A stretch of DNA of 64,000 bases from Nitrospirales bacterium (GTDB taxonomy: Bacteria; Nitrospirota; Nitrospiria; Nitrospirales; UBA8639): the NCBI GenBank assembly GCA_965203295.1, contig CBDBCZ010000015.1:960001-1024000 (forward strand). Direction: 5' to 3'. The notes under the pieces were generated by a model. It had not been told where the DNA came from, did not search any database, and was given only the letters and a program-made list of their open reading frames with translations. Positions 22,582 to 37,500 of this stretch are shown here, piece after piece; the stretch's first letter is position 1, and every line of letters begins with the position of its first letter. Made by a program: the position numbers and the translations under genes.

Positions 22582-25500
22582 GTAAGATTAAACTGGGCTG
22601 GAGAAAATTAGTGTGTCTGGCTTCAGTGTCTGGCAGTTGGGTGTTGCTAACTTTTGGGTTGACTTTCAGCCAAAGTAACTAGCTACCTTTGATCTGACCC
22701 TTCCTAACTGTTTAGGAAAAGAACTGGTTATTCAAAGGCTTGTTTAGTTTGAATGATGTTAGTCTGAAGATTAGGAAAGAAGGATTATATTGAAAATTGT
22801 TAGTTTTGTTGGTCTCTAGCAAAGACTTTAAGCCAAAGTAACTAGCTACCACTTATCTGACCCTTCCCAACTGTTTAGAAAAAGAACTGGTTATTCAAAG
22901 GCCTGTTTAGTTTGAATGATGTTAGTCAGATACAATACACGCTTAGGAAGTATCGATGTTCAAGAAAGGAACTGGTTATTCAAAGGCTTGTTTAGTTTGG
23001 TTGATGTTAGTCTGAAGATTAGGAAAGAAGAATTTACTCAAAAATTGTTTTTTTTTTTTATCTCTGGCAAAGACTTTAAGCCAAAGTAACTAGCTACCAT
23101 TGATCTGACCCTTCCCAACTGTTTAGGAAACGAACTGGTTATTCAAAGGCTAGTTTAGTTTGAATGATGTTAGTCAAATACAATACATGCTTAGGAAGTA
23201 TCGATGTTCAAGAAAGGAACTGGTTATTCAAAGGCTTGTTTAGTTTGGTTGATGTTAGTCTGCAGATTAGGAAAGAAGGATTTTATTGAAAATTGTTAGT
23301 TTTGTTGGTCTCTAGCAAAGACTTTAAGCCAAAGTAACTAGCTGCCATTGATTAGGAAAGAAGGATTTTATTGAAAAGTGTTAGTTTTTTTGGTCTCTAG
23401 CAAAGACTTTAAGCCAAAGTAACTAGCTACCATTGATCTGACCCTTCCCAACTGTTTAGGAAAAGAACTGGTTATTTCAAAGGCTTGTTTTGTTTGAATG
23501 ATATTAGTCAGATATAATACATGCTTAGGAAGTATCAATGTTCAAGAAAAGTACTGGTTATTCAAAGGCTTGTTTAGTTTGGTTGATGTTAGTCTGAAGA
23601 TTAGGAAAGAAGGATTTTATTGAAAATTGTTAGTTTTGTTGGTCTCTAGCAAAGACTTTAAGCCAAAGTAACTAGCTACCATTTATCTGACCTTGCTTTG
23701 GAAGTATCAATGTTCAAGAAAGGAACTGGTTATTCAAAGGCTTGTTTAGTTTGGTTGATGTTAGTCTGCAGATTAGGAAAGAAGGATTTTATTGAAAATT
23801 GTTAGTTTTGTTGGTCTCTAGCAAAGACTTTAAGCCATAGTAATTAGCTACCATTGATTAGGAAAGAAGGATTTTATTGAAAATTGTTAGTTTTGTTGGT
23901 CTCTAGTAAAGACTTTAAGCCACAGTAACTAGCTACCATTGAACTGACCCTTCCCACTGTTTAGGAAAAGACTGGTTATTCAAAGGCTTGTTTAGTTTGA
24001 ATGATGTTAGTCAGAAAGAAGGATTTTATTGAAAATTGTTAGTTTTGTTGGTCATATACAATACATGCTTAGGAAGTATCAATGTTCAAGAAAGGAACTG
24101 GTTATTCAAAGGCCGGTTTAGTTTGGTTTATGTTAGTCTGAAGATTAGGAAAGAAGAATTTTACTCAAAAATTGTTATTTTTTTCGTCTCTGGCAAAGAC
24201 TTTAAGCCAAAGTAACTAGCTACCATTGATCTGACCCTTCCCAACTGTTTATGAAACGAACTGGTTATTCAAAGGCTAGTTTAGTTTGAATATATTAGTC
24301 AAATACAATACATCCTTAGGAAGTATCGATTTTCAAGAAAGGAACTGGTTATTCAAAGGCTTGTTTAGTTTGGTTGATGTTAGTCTGCAGATTAGAAAAG
24401 AAGGATTTTATTTAAAATTGTTAGTTTTGTTGGTCTCTAGCAAAGACTTTAAGCCAAAGTAACTAGCTACCATTGATTAGGAAAGAAGGATTTTATTGAA
24501 ATTTGTTAGTTTTGTTGGTCTCTAGCAAAGACTTTAAGCCAAAGTAACTAGCTACCATTGAACTGACCCTTCCCAACTAACTGTTTAGAAAAAGTGCTGG
24601 TTATTCAAAGGCTAGTTTGATTTGAATGATGTTAGTCAAATACAATAATCCTTAGGAAGTATCGATGTTCAAGAAAGGAACTGGTTATTCAAAAGCTTGT
24701 TTAGTTTGGTTGATGTTAGTCTGAAGATTAGGAAAGAAGGATTTTATTCAAAAATTGTTAATTTTGTTGGTCTCTGGCAAAGACTTTAAGCCAAGGTAAC
24801 TAGCTACCATTTATCTGACCCTTCCCAACAGTCTTGGAAAGTAACTGGTTTAAGATTCAATCATTTGTTTAGTTTAAATGATGTTTGTCAGATACAATAC
24901 ATACATGCTTTTAAAGTAAGGGTTTTCACTAATAATTGGTACAATTTTAGCTTTATTGGTCTCAGGAAACTTTCAGTCAAAACAACTAGCTACCATTGAT
25001 CTGACCCTTCCTAACTGTCTACGTAGAGAACTGGTTTAAGATTCAATAGCTTGTTTAGTTTGATTGATGTTAGTCAGATACAATACCTACTTAGGAAGTA
25101 AGGGTTTTGACAGAAAATTATCAGTTTTATTGGTCTCAGGCAAAGACTTTCAGCCAAACTAAGTAGCTCCCATTGATCTGACCCTTCCCAAGTGTCTAGG
25201 AAAGAAATTGGTGTAAGATTTAATAGGTTGTTTAGTTTGAATGGTGTTAGTCGGATACAATACATGTTTAGGAAGTATCGATGTTCAAGAAAGGAACTGG
25301 TTATTCAAAGGCTTGTTTAGTTTAGTTGATGTTAGTCTGAAGATTAGATAAGGAGGATTTTATTGAAAATTGTTAGTTTTGTTGGTCTCAGGTAAAGACT
25401 TTCAGCCAAAGTATCTATCTACCATTGATCTGACCCCTACCAACTGTCTTGGAAAGGAACTGGTTTATGATTCAATCATTTGTTTAGTTTAAATGATGTT

Positions 25501-28500
25501 TGTCAGATAAGTTACATACATGCTTAGAAGGTAAGGGTTTTCACTAATAATTGGTACAATTTTAGCTTTATTGGTCACAGGAAACTTTCAGTCAAAACAA
25601 CTAGCTACCATTGATCTGACCCTTCCCAACTGTCTAGGAAAGAAATTGGTTTAAGATTTAATAGCTTGTTTAGTTTGAATGATGTTAGTTGGATACAATA
25701 CATGCTTAGGAAGTATCGATGTTCAAAACCGGAACTGGTTATTCAAAGGCTTGTTTAGTTTGGTTGATGTTAGTCTGAAGATTAGGTAAGAAGGATTTCA
25801 TTTAAAATTGTTAGATTTGTTGGTCTCTGGCAAAGACTTTAAGCCAAAGTCACTAGCTACCATTGATCTGACCCTTCCCAACTGTTTAGAAAAAGAACTG
25901 GTTATTCAAAGGCTTGTTTAGTTTGAATGATGTTAGTCAGACACAATACACGCTTAGGAAGTATCTATGTTCAAGAAAGGAACTTGTTATTCAAGGGCTT
26001 GTTTGGTTTCGATGATGTTAGTCTGAAGATTAGGAAAGAAGGATTTTAATAAAAATTATTAGTTTTGTGGGTCTCTAGCAAAGACTTAAACCAAAGTAAC
26101 AAGCTACCATTGATCGGACCCTTCCCAACTGTTTAGGAAAAGAACTGGTTATTTCAAAGGCTTGTTTTGTTTGAATGATATTAGTCAGATATAATACATG
26201 CTTAGGAAGTATCAATGTTCAAGAAAAGTACTGGTTATTCAAAGGCTTGTTTAGTTTGGTTGATGTTAGTCTGAAGATTAGGAAAGAAGGATTTTATTGA
26301 AAATTGTTAGTTTTGTTGGTCTCTAGCAAAGACTTTAAGCCAAAGTAACTAGCTACCATTTATCTGACCTTGCTTTGGAAGTATCAATGTTCAAGAAAGG
26401 AACTGGTTATTCAAAGGCTTGTTTAGTTTGGTTGATGTTAGTCTGCAGATTAGGAAAGAAGGATTTTATTGAAAATTGTTAGTTTTGTTGGTCTCTAGCA
26501 AAGACTTTAAGCCATAGTAATTAGCTACCATTGATTAGGAAAGAAGGATTTTATTGAAAATTGTTAGTTTTGTTGGTCTCTAGTAAAGACTTTAAGCCAC
26601 AGTAACTAGCTACCATTGAACTGACCCTTCCCACTGTTTAGGAAAAGACTGGTTATTCAAAGGCTTGTTTAGTTTGAATGATGTTAGTCAGAAAGAAGGA
26701 TTTTATTGAAAATTGTTAGTTTTGTTGGTCATATACAATACATGCTTAGGAAGTATCAATGTTCAAGAAAGGAACTGGTTATTCAAAGGCCGGTTAAGTT
26801 TGGTTTATGTTAGTCTGAAGATTAGGAAAGAAGAATTTTACTCAAAAATTGTTATTTTTTTCGTCTCTGGCAAAGACTTTAAGCCAAAGTAACTAGCTAC
26901 CATTGATCTGACCCTTCCCAACTGTTTATGAAACGAACTGGTTATTCAAAGGCTAGTTTAGTTTGAATATATTAGTCAAATACAATACATCCTTAGGAAG
27001 TATCGATTTTCAAGAAAGGAACTGGTTATTCAAAGGCTTGTTTAGTTTGGTTGATGTTAGTCTGCAGATTAGAAAAGAAGGATTTTATTTAAAATTGTTA
27101 GTTTTGTTGGTCTCTAGCAAAGACTTTAAGCCAAAGTAACTAGCTACCATTGATTAGGAAAGAAGGATTTGATTGAAATTTGTTAGTTTTGTTGGTCTCT
27201 AGCAAAGACTTTAAGCCAAAGTAACTAGCTACCATTGAACTGACCCTTCCCAACTAACTGTTTAGAAAAAGTGCTGGTTATTCAAAGGCTAGTTTGATTT
27301 GAATGATGTTAGTCAAATACAATAATCCTTAGGAAGTATCGATGTTCAAGAAAGGAACTGGTTATTCAAAAGCTTGTTTAGTTTGGTTGATGTTAGTCTG
27401 AAGATTAGGAAAGAAGGATTTTATTCAAAAATTGTTAATTTTGTTGGTCTCTGGCAAAGACTTTAAGCCAAGGTAACTAGCTACCATTTATCTGACCCTT
27501 CCCAACAGTCTTGGAAAGTAACTGGTTTAAGATTCAATCATTTGTTTAGTTTAAATGATGTTTGTCAGATACAATACATACATGCTTTTAAAGTAAGGGT
27601 TTTCACTAATAATTGGTACAATTTTAGCTTTATTGGTCTCAGGAAACTTTCAGTCAAAACAACTAGCTACCATTGATCTGACCCTTCCTAACTGTCTACG
27701 TAGAGAACTGGTTTAAGATTCAATAGCTTGTTTAGTTTGATTGATGTTAGTCAGATACAATACCTACTTAGGAAGTAAGGGTTTTGACAGAAAATTATCA
27801 GTTTTATTGGTCTCAGGCAAAGACTTTCAGCCAAACTAAGTAGCTACCATTGATCTGACCCTTCCCAAGTGTCTAGGAAAGAAATTGGTGTAAGATTTAA
27901 TAGGTTGTTTAGTTTGAATGGTGTTAGTCGGATACAATACATGTTTAGGAAGTATCGATGTTCAAGAAAGGAACTGGTTATTCAAAGGCTTGTTTAGTTT
28001 AGTTGATGTTAGTCTGAAGATTAGGAAAGGAGGATTTTATTGAAAATTGTTAGTTTTTTTGGCCTCTAGCAAAGACTTTAAGCCAAAGTAACTAGCTACC
28101 ATTTAACAGACCCTTCCGAACTGTTTAGAAAAAGAACTGGTTATTCAAAGGCCTGTTTAGTTTTGTTGATGTTAGCCTGAAGATTAGGAAAGAAGGATTT
28201 TATTGAAAATTGTTAGTTTTGTTGGTCTCTAGCAAAGACTTTAAGCCAAAGTCACTAGCTACCATTGATCTGACCCTTCCCAACTGTTTAGGAAAAGAAC
28301 TGGTTATTCAAAGGCTTGATTATTTTGGTTGATGTTAGTCTGAAGATTAGGAAAGAAGGATTTTATTGAAAATTGTTAGTTTTGTTGGTCTCTAGCAATG
28401 ACTTTAAGCTGAAGTAACTAGCTACCATTGATCTGACCCTTCCCAACTGTTTAGAAAAAGAACTGGTTATTCAAAGGCTTGTTTAGTTTGAATGATGTTA

Positions 28501-31500
28501 GTCAAATACAATACATGCCTAGGAAGTATCGATGTTCAAGAAAGGAACTGGTTATTCAAAGGCTTGTTTAGTTTGGTTGTTGTTAGTCTTAAAAATTTGG
28601 AAAGAAGGATTTTATTGAAAATCGCTAGTTTTGTTGGTCTCAGGCAAAGACTTTCAGCCAAAGTAACTGGCTACCATTGATCTGACCCTTCCTAACTGTT
28701 TAGGAAAAGAACCTGTTATTCAAAGGCTTGTTTAGTTTTGTTGATGTTAGTCAAATACAATACATGCCTAGGAAGTATCGATGTTCAAGAAAGGAACTTG
28801 TTATTCAAAGGCTTGTTTAGTTTGGTTGATGTTAGTCTGAAGATTATGAAAGAAGGATTTATTGAAAATAGTTAGTTTTGTTGGTCTCAGGCAAAGACTT
28901 TAAGCCAAAGTAACTAGCTACCATTGATCTGATTCTTCCCAACTGTTTAAGAAACGAATTGGTTATTCAAAGGCTAGTTTAGTTTGAATTATGTTAGTCA
29001 AATGCAATACATCCTTAGGAAATATCGATGTTCAAGAAAGGAACTGGTTATTCAAAGGCTTGTTTAGTTTGGTTGATATTAGTCTGCAGATTGGGAAAGA
29101 AGTATTTTATTGAAAATTGTTAGTTTTGATGGTCTCTAGCGAAGACTTTAAGCCAAAGTAACTAGCTACCATTGATTAGGAAAGAAGGATTTTATTGAAA
29201 ATTGTTAGTTTTGTTGGTCTCTAGCAAAGACTTTAAGCCAAAGTAACTAGCTACCATTGATCTGACCCTTCCCAACTGTTTAGGAAAAGAACTTGTTATT
29301 CAAAGGCTTGTTTAGTTAGAATGATGTTAGAGAAATACAATACATCCTTAGGAAGTTTCGATGTTCAAGAAAGGAACTGGTTATTCAAAGGCTTGTTTAG
29401 TTTAGTTGATGTTAGTCTGAAGATTAGGAAAGGAGGATTTTATTGAAAATTGTTAGTTTGTTGGTCTCAGGTAAAGACTTTCAGCCAAAGTATCTAGCTA
29501 CCATTGATCTGACCCCTCCCAACTGTCTTGGAAAGGAACTGGTTTATGATTCAATCTTTTTGTTTAGTTTAAATGATGTTTGTCAGATACAATACATACA
29601 TGCTTAGAAAGTAAGGGTTTTCACTAATAATTGGTACAATTTTAGCTTTATTAGTCTCAGGAAACTTTCAGTCAAAACAACTAGCTACCATTGGTCTGAC
29701 CCTTCCCAACTGTCTAGGAAAGTAATTGGTTTAAGATTTAATAGCTTGTTTAGTTTGAATGAAGTTAGTCGGATACAATACATGCTTAGGAAGTATCGAT
29801 GTTCAAGACCGGAACTGCATGGTTATTCAAAGGCTTGTTTAGTTTGGTTGATGTTAGTCTGAAGATTAGGAAAGAAGGATTTCATTGAAAATTGTTAGAT
29901 TTGTTTGTCTCTGGCGAAGACTTTAAGGCAAAGTCAGTAGCTACCATTGATCTGACCCTTCCCAACTGTTTAGAAAAAGAACTGGTTATTCAAAGGCTTG
30001 TTTAGTTTGAATGATGTTAGTCAGATACAATACATGCTTAGGAAGTATCGATGTACAAGAAAGGAACTTGTTATTCAAGGGCTTGTTTAGTTTCGTTGAT
30101 GTTAGTCTGAAGATTAGGAAAGAAGGATTTTAATGAAAATTATTTGTTTTGTTGGTCTCTAGCAAACACTTTAAGCCAAAGTTACTAGCTACTTTTGATC
30201 TGACCCTTCCCAACTGTTTAAAAAAGAGCTGGTTATTCAAAAGCTTGTTTAGTTTTAATGATGTTAGTCTGAAGTTTAGGAAAGAAGGATTTTATTTAAA
30301 ATTGTTAGTTTTGTTGGTCTCTAGCAAAGACTTTCAGCCAAAGTAACTAGCTACCATTGATCTGACCCTTCCCAACTGTTTTGGAAAGAACTGGTTATTC
30401 AAAGGCTTGTTTAGTTTGAATAATGTTAGTCTGATGATTAGGAAAGAAGGATTTTATTGAAAATTGTTAGTTTTGTTGGTCTCTAGTAAAGACTTTAAGC
30501 CAAAGTCACTAGCTACCATTGATCTGACCCTTCCCAACTGTTTAGAAAAATAGCTGGTTATTCAAAGGCTTGTTTTGTTTGAATGATATTAGTTAGATAC
30601 AATACATGCTTAGGAAATATCAATGTTCAAGTAAGGAACTGGTTATTCAAAGGCTTGTTTAGTTTGCTTGATGTTAGTCTGCAGATTAGGAAAGAAGTAT
30701 TTTATAGAAAATCGTTAGTTTTGTTGGTCTCTAGCAAAGACATTGAGCCAAAGTAACTAGCTACAATTGATCTGACCCTTCCCTACTGTTTAGGAGAAGA
30801 ACTGGATATTCAAAGTCTTGATTAGTTTTAATGATGTTAGTCGGATACAATACATGTTTAGGAAGTGTCGATGTTCAAGAAAGGAACTGGTTATTCAAAG
30901 GCTTGTTTTGTTTGCTTGATGTTAGTCTGCAGATTAGGAAAGAAGTATTTTATAGAAAATCGTTAGTTTTGTTGGTCTCTAGCAAAGACATTGAGCCAAA
31001 GTAACTAGCTACAATTGATCTGACCCTTCCCTACTGTTTAGGAGAAGAACTGGATATTCAAAGTCTTGATTAGTTTTAATGATGTTAGTCGGATACAATA
31101 CATGTTTAGGAAGTGTCGATGTTCAAGAAAGGAACTGGTTATTCAAAGGCTTGTTTAGTTTGGTTGATGTTAGTCTGAAGATTAGGAAAGAAGTATTTTA
31201 TTGAAAATTGTTAGTTTTGGTCTCTAGCAAAGACTTTAAGCCAAAGTAACTAGCAACCATTTATCTGACCCTTCCCAACTGTTTAGAAAAAGAACTGGTT
31301 ATTCAAAGGCTTGTTTAGTTTGAATGATGTTAGTCTGAAGATTAGTAAAGAACGATTTTATAGAAAATTGTTAGTTTTGTTGGTCTCTAGCAAAGACTTT
31401 AAGCCAAAGTTACTAGCTACCATTGATCTGACCCTTCCGAACTATTTAGAAAATAAACTGGTTAGTCAAAGGCTTGTTTTGTTTGAATGATATTAGTCAG

Positions 31501-34500
31501 ATACAATACATGCTTAGGAAGTATCAATGTTGAAGAAAGGAACTGGTTATTCAAAGGCTTGTTTAGTTTGGTTGATGTTAGTCTGAAGATTAAGAAAGAA
31601 GGATTTTAATGAAAATTATTAGTTTTGTTGGTCTCTAGCAAAGACTTTAAGCCAAAGTTACTAGCTACCTTTGATCTGACCCTTCCCAACTGTTTAGAAA
31701 AAGAGCTGGTTATTCAAAAGCTTGTTTAGTTTGAATGATGTTAGTCTGAAGATTAGGAAAGAAGGATTTTATTGAAAATTGTTAGTTTTGTTGGTCTCTA
31801 GCAAAGACTTTAAGCCAAAGTAACTAGCTACCATTGATCTGACCCTTCCCAACTGTATAGGAAAAGAACTTGTTATTCAAAGGCTTGTTTAGTTTGAATG
31901 ATTTTAGTCTGAAGATTAAGAAAGAAGGATTTTATTGAAAATTGTTAGTTTTGTTGGTCTCTAGCAAAGACTTTAAGCCAAAGTAACTAGCTACCATTTA
32001 TCTGACCCTTCCCAACTGTTTAGAAAAAGAACTGTTTATTCAAAGGCCTTTTTAGTTTTGTTGACGTTAGCATGAAGATTAGGAAAGAAGGATTTTATTG
32101 AAAATTGTTAGTTTTGTTGGTCTCTAGCAAAGACTTTAAGCCAAAGTCACTAGCTACCATTGATCTGAACCTTCCCAACTGTTTAGAATAGAGCTGGTTA
32201 TTCAAAGGCTTGTTTTATTTTAATGATATTAGTTAGATACAATACATGCTTAGGAAGTATCAATGTTCAAGAAAGGAACTGGTTATTCAAAGGCTTGTTT
32301 AGTTTGGTTGATGTTAGTCTGCAGATTAGGAAAGAAGTATTTTATAGAAAATCGTTAGTTTTGTTGGTCTCTAGCAAAGACATTGAGCCAAAGTAACTAG
32401 CTACAATTGATCTGACCCTTTCCTACTGTTTAGGAGAAGAACTTGTTATTCAAAGTCTTGATTAGTTTGAATGATGTTAGTCGCATACAATACATGTTTA
32501 GGAAGTGTCGATGTTCAAGAAAGGAACTGGTTATTCAAAGGCTTGTTTAGTTTGGTTGATGTTAGTCTTAAGATTAGGAAAGAAGTATTTTATTGAAAAT
32601 TGTTAGTTTTGTTGGTCTCTAGCAAAGACTTTAAGCCAAAGTAACTAGCAACCATTTATCTGACCCTTTCCAACTGTTTAGAAAAAGAACTGGTTATTCA
32701 AAGGCTTGTTTAGTTTGAATGATGTTAGTCTGAAGATTAGGAAAGAAGGATTTTATTAAAAATTGTTAGTTTTGTTGGTCTCTAGCAAAGACTTTAAGCC
32801 AAAGTCACTAGCTACCATTGATCTGACCCTTCCAAACTGTTTAGGAAAAAAACCTGTTATTCAAAGGCTTGTTTAGTTTGAATGATGTTAGTCAGATACA
32901 ATACATGCTTAGGAAGTATCGATGTTCAAGAAAGGAACTGGTTATTCAAAGGCTTGTTTAGTTTGGTTGATGTTAGTCTGCAGATTAGGAAAGAAGTATT
33001 TTATAGAAAATCGTTAGTTTTGTTGGTCTCTAGCAAAGACTTTGAGCCAAAGTAACTAGCTACTATTGATCTGACCCTTCCCAACTGTTTAGGAAAAGAA
33101 CTGGTTATGCAAAGGCTAGTTTAGTTTGAATGATGTTAGTCAAATATAATACATCCTTAGGAAGTATCTATGTTCAAGAAAGGAACTGGTTATTCAAAGG
33201 CTTGTTTAGTTTAGTTGATGTTAGTCTGCAGATTAGAAAAAAAGGATTTTATTTAAAATTGTTAGTTTTGTTGGTCTCTAGCAAAGACTTTAAGCCAAAG
33301 TATCTAGCTACCATTGATTAGGAAACAAAGATTTTATTGAAAATTGTTAGTTTTGTTGGTCTCTAGCAAAGACTTTAAGCCAAAGTAACTAGCTACCATT
33401 GATCTGACCCTTCCCAACTGTTTAGGAAAAGAACTTGTTATTCAAAGGCTTGTTTAGTTTGAATGATGTTAGTCTGAAGATTAGGAAATAAGGATTTTAT
33501 TGATAATTGTTAGTTTTGTTGGTCTCTAGCAAAGACTTTAAGCCAAAGTAACTAGCTACCATTTATCAGACCCTTCCGAACTGTTTAGAAAAAGAACTGG
33601 TTATTCAAAGGCCTGTTTAGTTTTGTTGATGTTAGCCTGAAGATTAGGAAAGAAGGATTTTATTGAAAATTGTTAGTTTTGTTGGTCTCTAGCAAAGACT
33701 TTAATCCAAAGTCACTAGCTACCATTGATCTGACCCTTCCCAACTGTTTAGGAAAAGAACTGGTTATTCAAAGGCTTGATTAGAATTGTTGATGTTAGTC
33801 TGAAGATTAGGAAAGAAGGATTTTATTGAAAATTGTTAGTTTTGTTGGTCTCTAGCAATGACTTTAAGCCGAAGTAACTAGCTACCATTGATCTGACCCT
33901 TCCCAACTGCTTAGAAAAAGAACTGGTTATTCAAAGGCTTGTATAGTTTGAATGATGTTAGTCAAATACAATACATGCCTAGGAAGTATCGATGTTCAAG
34001 AAAGGAACTGGTTATTCAAAGGCTTGTTTAGTTTGGTTGTTGTTAGTCTGAAGATTAGGAAAGAAGGATTTTATTGAAAATCGTTAGTTTTGTTGGTCTC
34101 AGGCAAAGACTTTCAGCCAAAGTAACTGGCTACCATTGATCTGACCCTTCCTAACTGTTTAGGAAAAGAACCTGTTATTCAAAGGCTTGTTTAGTTTTGT
34201 TGATGTTAGTCAAATACAATACATGCCTAGGAAGTATCGATGTTCAAGAAAGGAACTTGTTATTCAAAGGCTTGTTTAGTTTGGTTGATGTTAGTCTGGA
34301 GATTTTGAAAGAAGGATTTATTGAAAATAGTTAGTTTTGTTGGTCTCAGGCAAAGACTTTAAGCCAAAGTAACTAGCTACCATTGATCTGACCCTTCCCA
34401 ACTGTTTAGGAAACGAATTGGTTATTCAAAGGCTAGTTTAGTTTGAATCTTGTTAGTCAAATGCAATACATCCTTAGGAAGTATCGATGTTCAAGAAAGG

Positions 34501-37500
34501 AACTGGTTATTCAAAGGCTTGTTTAGTTTGGTTGATGTTAGTCTGCAGATTGGGAAAGAAGTATTTTATTGAAAATTGTTAGTTTTGATGGTCTCTAGCA
34601 AAGACTTTAAGCCAAAGTAACTAGCTACCATTGATTAGGAAAGAAGGATTTTATTGAAAATTGTTAGTTTTGTTGGTCTCTAGCAAAGACTTTAAGCCAA
34701 AGTAACTAGCTACCATTGATCTGACCCTTCCCAACTGTTTAGGAAAAGAACTTGTTATTCAAAGGCTTGTTTAGTTTGAATGATGTTAGTGAAATACAAT
34801 ACATCCTTAGGAAGTATCGATGTTCAAGAAAGGAACTGGTTATTCAAAGGCTTGTTTAGTTTAGTTGATGTTAGTCTGAAGATTAGGAAAGGAGGATTTT
34901 ATTGAAAATTGTTAGTTTGTTGGTCTCAGGTAAAGACTTTCAGCCAAAGTATCTAGCTACCATTGATCTGACCCCTCCCAACTGTCTTGGAAAGGAACTG
35001 GTTTATGATTCAATCGTTTGTTTAGTTTAAATGATGTTTGTCAGATACAATACATTCATGCTTAGAAAGTAAGGGTTTTCACTAATAATTGGTACAATTT
35101 TAGCTTTATTGGTCTCAGGAAACTTTCAGTCAAAACAACTAGCTACCATTGGTCTGACCCTTCTCAACTGTCTAGGAAAGTAATTGGTTTAAGATTTAAT
35201 AGCTTGTTTAGTTTGAATGAAGTTAGTCGGATACAATACATGCTTAGGAAGTATCGATATTCAAGACCGGAACTGCATTGTTATTCAAAGGCTTGTTTAG
35301 TTTGGTTGATGTTAGTCTGAAGATTAGGAAAGAAGGATTTCATTGAAAATAGTTAGATTTGTTTGTCTCTGGCAAAGACTTTAAGGCAAAGTCAGTAGCT
35401 ACCATTGATCTGACCCTTCCCAACTGTTTAGAAAAAGAACTGGTTATTTAAAGGCTTGTTTAGTTTGAATGATGTTAGTCAGATACAATACATGATTAGG
35501 AAGTATCTATGTTCAAGAAAGGAACTTGTTATTCAAGGACTTGTTTAGATTCGTTGATGTTAGTCTGAAGATTAGGAAAGAAGGATTTTAATGAAAATTA
35601 TTAGTTTTGTTGGTCTCTAGCAAAGACTTTAAGCCAAAGTTACTAGCTACTTTTTATCTGACCTTTCCCAACTGTTTAAAAAAAGAGCTGGTTATTCAAA
35701 AGCTTGTTTAGTTTTTATGATGTTATTCTGAAGATTAGGAAAGAAGGATTTTATTGAAAATTGTTAGTTTTGTTGGTCTCTAGCAAAGACTTTCAGCCAA
35801 AGTAACTAGCTACCATTGATCTGACCCTTCCCAACTGTTTTGGAAAAGAACTGGTTATTCAAAGGCTTGTTTAGTTTGAATAATGTTAGTCTGAAGATTA
35901 GGAAAGAAGGATTTTATTGAAAATTGTTAGTTTTGTTGGTCTCTAGTAAAGACTTTAAGCCAAAGTCACTAGCTACCATTGATCTGACCCTTCCCAACTG
36001 TTTAAAAAAAGAGCTGGTTATTCAAAGGCTTGTTTTGTTTGCTTGATGTTAGTCTGCAGATTAGGAAAGAAGTATTTTAAAGAAAATCGTTAGTTTTGTT
36101 GGTCTCTAGCAAAGACATTGAGCCAAAGTAACTAGCTACAATTGATCTGACCCTTCCCTACTGTTTAGGAGAAGAACTGGTTATTCAAAGTCTTGATTAG
36201 TTTTAATGATGTTTGTCGGATACAATACATGTTTAGGAAGTGTCGTTGTTCAAGAAAGGAACTGGTTATTCAAAGGCTTGTTTAGTTTGGTTGATGTTAG
36301 TCTGAAGATTAAGAAAGAAGGATTTTATTTAAAATTGTTAGTTTTTTTGTCTCTAGCAAAGACTTTAAGCCAAAGTAACTTGCTACCATTTATCTGACCC
36401 TTCCCAACTGTTTAGAAAAAGAGCTGGTTATTCAAAGGCCTGTTTAGTTTTGTTGATGTTAGCCTGAAAATTAGGAAAGAAGGATTTTATTGAAAATTGT
36501 TAGTTTTGTTGGTCTCAGGCAAAGACTTTCAGCCAAAGTAACTAGCTACCATTTATCTGACCCTTCCCAACTGTTTATAAAAAGAACTGGTTATTCAAAG
36601 GCTTGTTTAGTTTGAATGATGTTAGTCAAATACAATACATGCCTAGGAAGTATCGATGTTCAAGAAAGGAACTGGTTATTCAAAGGCTTGTTTAGTTTGA
36701 ATGATGTTAGTCAGATACAATACATGCTTAGGAAGTATCGATGTTCAAGAAAGGAACTTGTTATTCAAGGGCTTGTTTAGTTTCGTTGATGTTAGTCTAA
36801 AGATTAGGAAAGATGGATTTTAATGATAATTATTAGTTTTGTTGGTCTCTAGCAAAGACTTTAAGCCAAAGTTACTAGCTACTTTTGATCTGACCCTTCC
36901 CAACTGTTTAAAAAAAGAGCTGGTTATTCAAAAGCTTGTTTAGTTTTAATGATGTTAGTCTGAAGATTAGGAAAGAAGAATTTTATTGAAAATTGTTAGT
37001 TTTGTTTGTGTCTAGCAAAGACTTTCAGCCAAAGTAACTAGCTACCATTGATCTGACCCTTCCCAACTGTTTTGGCAAAGAACTAGTTATTCAAAGGCTT
37101 GTTTAGTTTGAATAATGTTAGTCTGAAGATTAGGAAAGAAGGATTTTATTGAAAATTGTTAGTTTTGTTGGTCTCTAGTAAAGACTTTAAGCCAAAGTCA
37201 CTAGCTACCATTGATCTGACCCTTCCCAACTGTTTAGAAAAAGAGCTGGTTATTTAAAGGCTTGTTTAGTTTGAATGATATTAGTCAGATACAATACATG
37301 CTTAGGAAGTATCAATGTTCAAGTAAGGAACTGGTTATTCAAAGCTTGTTTAGTTTGCTTGATTTTAGTCTAGGAAAGAAGTATTTTATTGAAAATCGTT
37401 AGTTTTGTTGGTCTCTAGCAAAGACATTGAGCCAATGTAACTAGTTACAATTGATCTGACCCTTCCCTACTGTTTAGGAGAAGAACTGGTTATTCAAAGT

